Shown: positions 62,070 through 64,000 of the stretch, in pieces
How positions within the stretch are numbered: position 1 is the first letter of the stretch
Layout of the letters: the number at the start of each line of letters is the position of its first letter
Assembly: GCA_035280845.1 (NCBI GenBank)
Contig: DATEFB010000004.1
Coordinates: 18,341-82,340 of the forward strand
Source of the DNA: Candidatus Saccharimonadales bacterium
GTDB taxonomy: Bacteria; Patescibacteriota; Saccharimonadia; Saccharimonadales; EFPC-124
DNA: 64,000 nucleotides
Direction of reading: 5' to 3'
Position numbers and translations under genes: made by a program
Notes under the pieces: generated by a model
Database searches by the model: none
Seen by the model: the letters and a program-made list of their open reading frames with translations, nothing else
Told to the model about the DNA's origin: nothing

Positions 62070-62729
62070 ATGCACTATCTGCAAAAATACATTCTTGATA
62101 GGTTGCGGTTTGAACAGCCTCTTAGTTACAGTGCAATGCTTCCCGATAATGTCGAGAGCAGCTTGTTCCAATATCACCTGAAGCTGCTGCAAAAGGATGG
62201 CCTGGTAGAAAAGCAGGGCCGCGGCATTTATGCGCTGACCCACGAGGGCCAGGCGGCACTCGAATATATGTCTATTGGCCGGACCACGCAGGTTCGCATG
62301 CCAAAGGTCATTACGTATACCCTGCTGACGCATAAAGGCCAAGCTCTATTGCTTCGCAAACAAAAAGAACCCTACCGCAACCTGCTAGAGCTGATTGGCG
62401 GTAAGCTTCATTTTGGCGAATCGGCCGAACACGCGGCTCAGCGTGATGTGCACGAGAAATCCGGACTTTCCATCCCCCTGCCTGTACTTGCCGGGGTTGC
62501 AAATGTTATGATCTTGCAGCAGGGCAAGCCGCTTACTCACATGATTGTGTACGTGCATACTCGTGAATTGGCTGCATTGCCGCAAGAATTGCCAGTCACC
62601 GTTCAATTTTACCCAACTGATAGCCTGGCTGGCCGCGATGACCTTGCGCCCACAACTCTGCCTCTGCTCAACGCGATTGCTGCCCGCGGCAAAACGCCCT
62701 TTGTCCTGACGTTGAACGTCGAACTTTAG
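62070..62729 (+). CDS. Winged-helix plus NUDIX two-domain protein (putative ligand-sensing regulator)
   Basis: 219 aa with an N-terminal wHTH (LSYSAMLPDNVESSLFQYHLKLLQKDGLVEKQGRGIYALTHEG), then a Nudix fold with the box GGKLHFGESAEHAAQRDVHEKSGL. Confidence 0.7.
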   Translation: MHYLQKYILDRLRFEQPLSYSAMLPDNVESSLFQYHLKLLQKDGLVEKQGRGIYALTHEGQAALEYMSIGRTTQVRMPKVITYTLLTHKGQALLLRKQKEPYRNLLELIGGKLHFGESAEHAAQRDVHEKSGLSIPLPVLAGVANVMILQQGKPLTHMIVYVHTRELAALPQELPVTVQFYPTDSLAGRDDLAPTTLPLLNAIAARGKTPFVLTLNVEL

Positions 62730-62734
62730 ACCCT

Positions 62735-63484
62735 ATGGAAATTCCCAAACCAGAACACACCGGTATTACTTTTGAGCGCAACTACGGCAGCCGTCACATA
62801 GAGCTGCCCGACGGGCGCACGGTCACCAGCATGTCAGATCCCAGTTGGGATGAGTTTGCCATGTCGTTTATTGACCTCGAGGTGCAGGGCGGGCCAGGCG
62901 ATTATATAATTACCCCCGAACTTATAACTTCGGCAGAATTTGCGCCCGCAGACACAGCCGAATCAATGTACGTGGTGCATGAGCGCACGCGGTTTGCCCA
63001 ACGGCTCACCACACTGTACCCAGAGACCACGCTCCTTCTTGGTACGGCGGTGATAGATCCTGCATATGCAAAACCCCGAAACGCCATTTTATTTTTACAG
63101 AACGGCCAGGAGGTCGGCCGGACGTACAAAACGCCTACGCTCAACCGTGCGGAGGGCCTGGCGTTTCATCAGCCAGAGTACCCGCAATTAGCGCGGCCAG
63201 AGCCCGGCATTATGCCTATTATTTGCTCGGACTTGGTGAACAATCCTCAGGTAGACGCACGCGTGCACACGCTTTTGGTGAGCGCATGTTGGGGAGCTCC
63301 GGCCGGGCATCCGGGCGTACTTGCCTCGCCCGAGCACCGGCATTTGCAGTTGCTGGCTGGCATAACTGCCGACCTTTTTGCTAGCAACGCTGGACTGCGC
63401 ACTATTGTTATGGCCGACCGAGTGCCGCCAACCGGCATCTCGGCCTCGCCATTCAACTTTGTTGCGCGGCCTAGTGCACGCTAA
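62735..63484 (+). CDS. Carbon-nitrogen hydrolase (nitrilase superfamily)-like protein
   Basis: 249 aa with a candidate Glu-Lys-Cys triad in IITPEL, RTYKTPTL and PIICSDL. 5 nt after the wHTH-Nudix gene. Confidence 0.5.
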   Translation: MEIPKPEHTGITFERNYGSRHIELPDGRTVTSMSDPSWDEFAMSFIDLEVQGGPGDYIITPELITSAEFAPADTAESMYVVHERTRFAQRLTTLYPETTLLLGTAVIDPAYAKPRNAILFLQNGQEVGRTYKTPTLNRAEGLAFHQPEYPQLARPEPGIMPIICSDLVNNPQVDARVHTLLVSACWGAPAGHPGVLASPEHRHLQLLAGITADLFASNAGLRTIVMADRVPPTGISASPFNFVARPSAR

Positions 63485-64000
63485 TTGCTTCAGAGATTTG
63501 CTGGCCAACTGACTTTTTTGGTTGGCGAATCACGAATATTGCAACAAACAGTGCGGCTACCATGAGCATCGCTGCCCAGAAGAACGCTTGCTGGTATCCT
63601 TGCAGGCTCGCCTGGAGTTCTGTCATGCCGCTTGCAACTCCGGCTGCAGCGCCGGTGCTGGCAACGACTGCCAAGATAGCAATGCCCAACGCCCCGCCAA
63701 TTTGCTGCGAGGTATTAATGAGCCCAGATGCCAAGCCCGATTGTTCCGGCTTCACACCCGACGTCGCGGCAATAGTGACCGATACAAACGACAAGCCCAA
63801 GCCAACACCCATCAGAATAAAGGCAGGCAGCAGGTGGAAGACGTACGATGATTCGGCGCCAAGGAAGCTCAGTAGCAAGGTACCAAGCGCGGTCAATGAC
63901 ACGCCAGTCACCATTAAGGCCTTAAAGCCAAAACGTTCAATCAACTTTGGTGAGCGGGTCGAAACCAGGCCGATGATTATAGGGATCGGCAGGAAGCTCA
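63471..64000 (-). CDS. MFS transporter, C-terminal part (gene continues beyond window)
   Basis: The frame is open to nt 64000. Hydrophobic helices with a DHA-type pattern (GLASGLINTSQQIGGALGIAIL). Confidence 0.75.
   Translation of the reverse strand, partial: SFLPIPIIIGLVSTRSPKLIERFGFKALMVTGVSLTALGTLLLSFLGAESSYVFHLLPAFILMGVGLGLSFVSVTIAATSGVKPEQSGLASGLINTSQQIGGALGIAILAVVASTGAAAGVASGMTELQASLQGYQQAFFWAAMLMVAALFVAIFVIRQPKKSVGQQISEAISVH

Noticed and set aside
1-64000. Search for tRNA, rRNA, CRISPR arrays, IS elements and long exact repeats.
   Set aside because: None were recognised on visual inspection of the intergenic regions (2701-2876, 4010-4288, 20151-20327, 21767-22366, 26008-26077, 26510-26738, 31650-31869, 39135-39219). 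This is a by-eye negative, not a computational one.

Overview
The window is a gene-dense accessory stretch of a bacterial chromosome. I saw no rRNA, tRNA, CRISPR array, transposase or integrase, so taxonomy is undetermined. All calls come from reading the ORF translations and the DNA by eye; no database search or computation was run.

Backbone: moderate GC, roughly half by hand counts, with AAA/GAA/ATT-type codons. It carries many small one- or two-gene modules that pair a regulator (ArsR, HxlR, MarR, TetR, AraC) with a small-ligand or stress enzyme:
- VOC/glyoxalase-fold proteins (7)
- SRPBCC/AHSA1 proteins (4)
- RibD_C dihydrofolate-reductase-like proteins (4)
- BBE-type FAD oxidases (2)
- alpha/beta hydrolases (2)
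- MFS transporters (3)
- NUDIX proteins, an amidase, Ldh_2, RidA and a short UvrA paralogue

Housekeeping landmarks are rsgA and a eukaryote-like class Ia ribonucleotide reductase operon (nrdB-nrdA-glutaredoxin). Its leader contains putative tandem NrdR boxes, a cobalamin-riboswitch-like element and a terminator.

Observations worth a second look:
1. At least five sharply bounded GC3-rich insertions sit in intergenic spacers, each with its own GC-rich hairpin. They are a partial gene at the left edge, a secreted lysyl-oxidase-family protein, a lipoprotein, an orphan 166-aa protein, and a three-gene HIT / minimal K+ channel / Nudix block. The last lies next to a backbone wHTH-Nudix regulator with a palindromic operator.
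2. A translationally coupled pair encodes a TDO/PrnB-like protein and a histidine-decarboxylase-like PLP enzyme, downstream of membrane proteins.
3. Two loci of phage-fibre/tailspike-like proteins share an N-terminal module but have no other phage genes. A LOG/SLOG-like protein follows the second locus.
4. There is a frameshifted YbaK/ProX-type gene and a few gene remnants.
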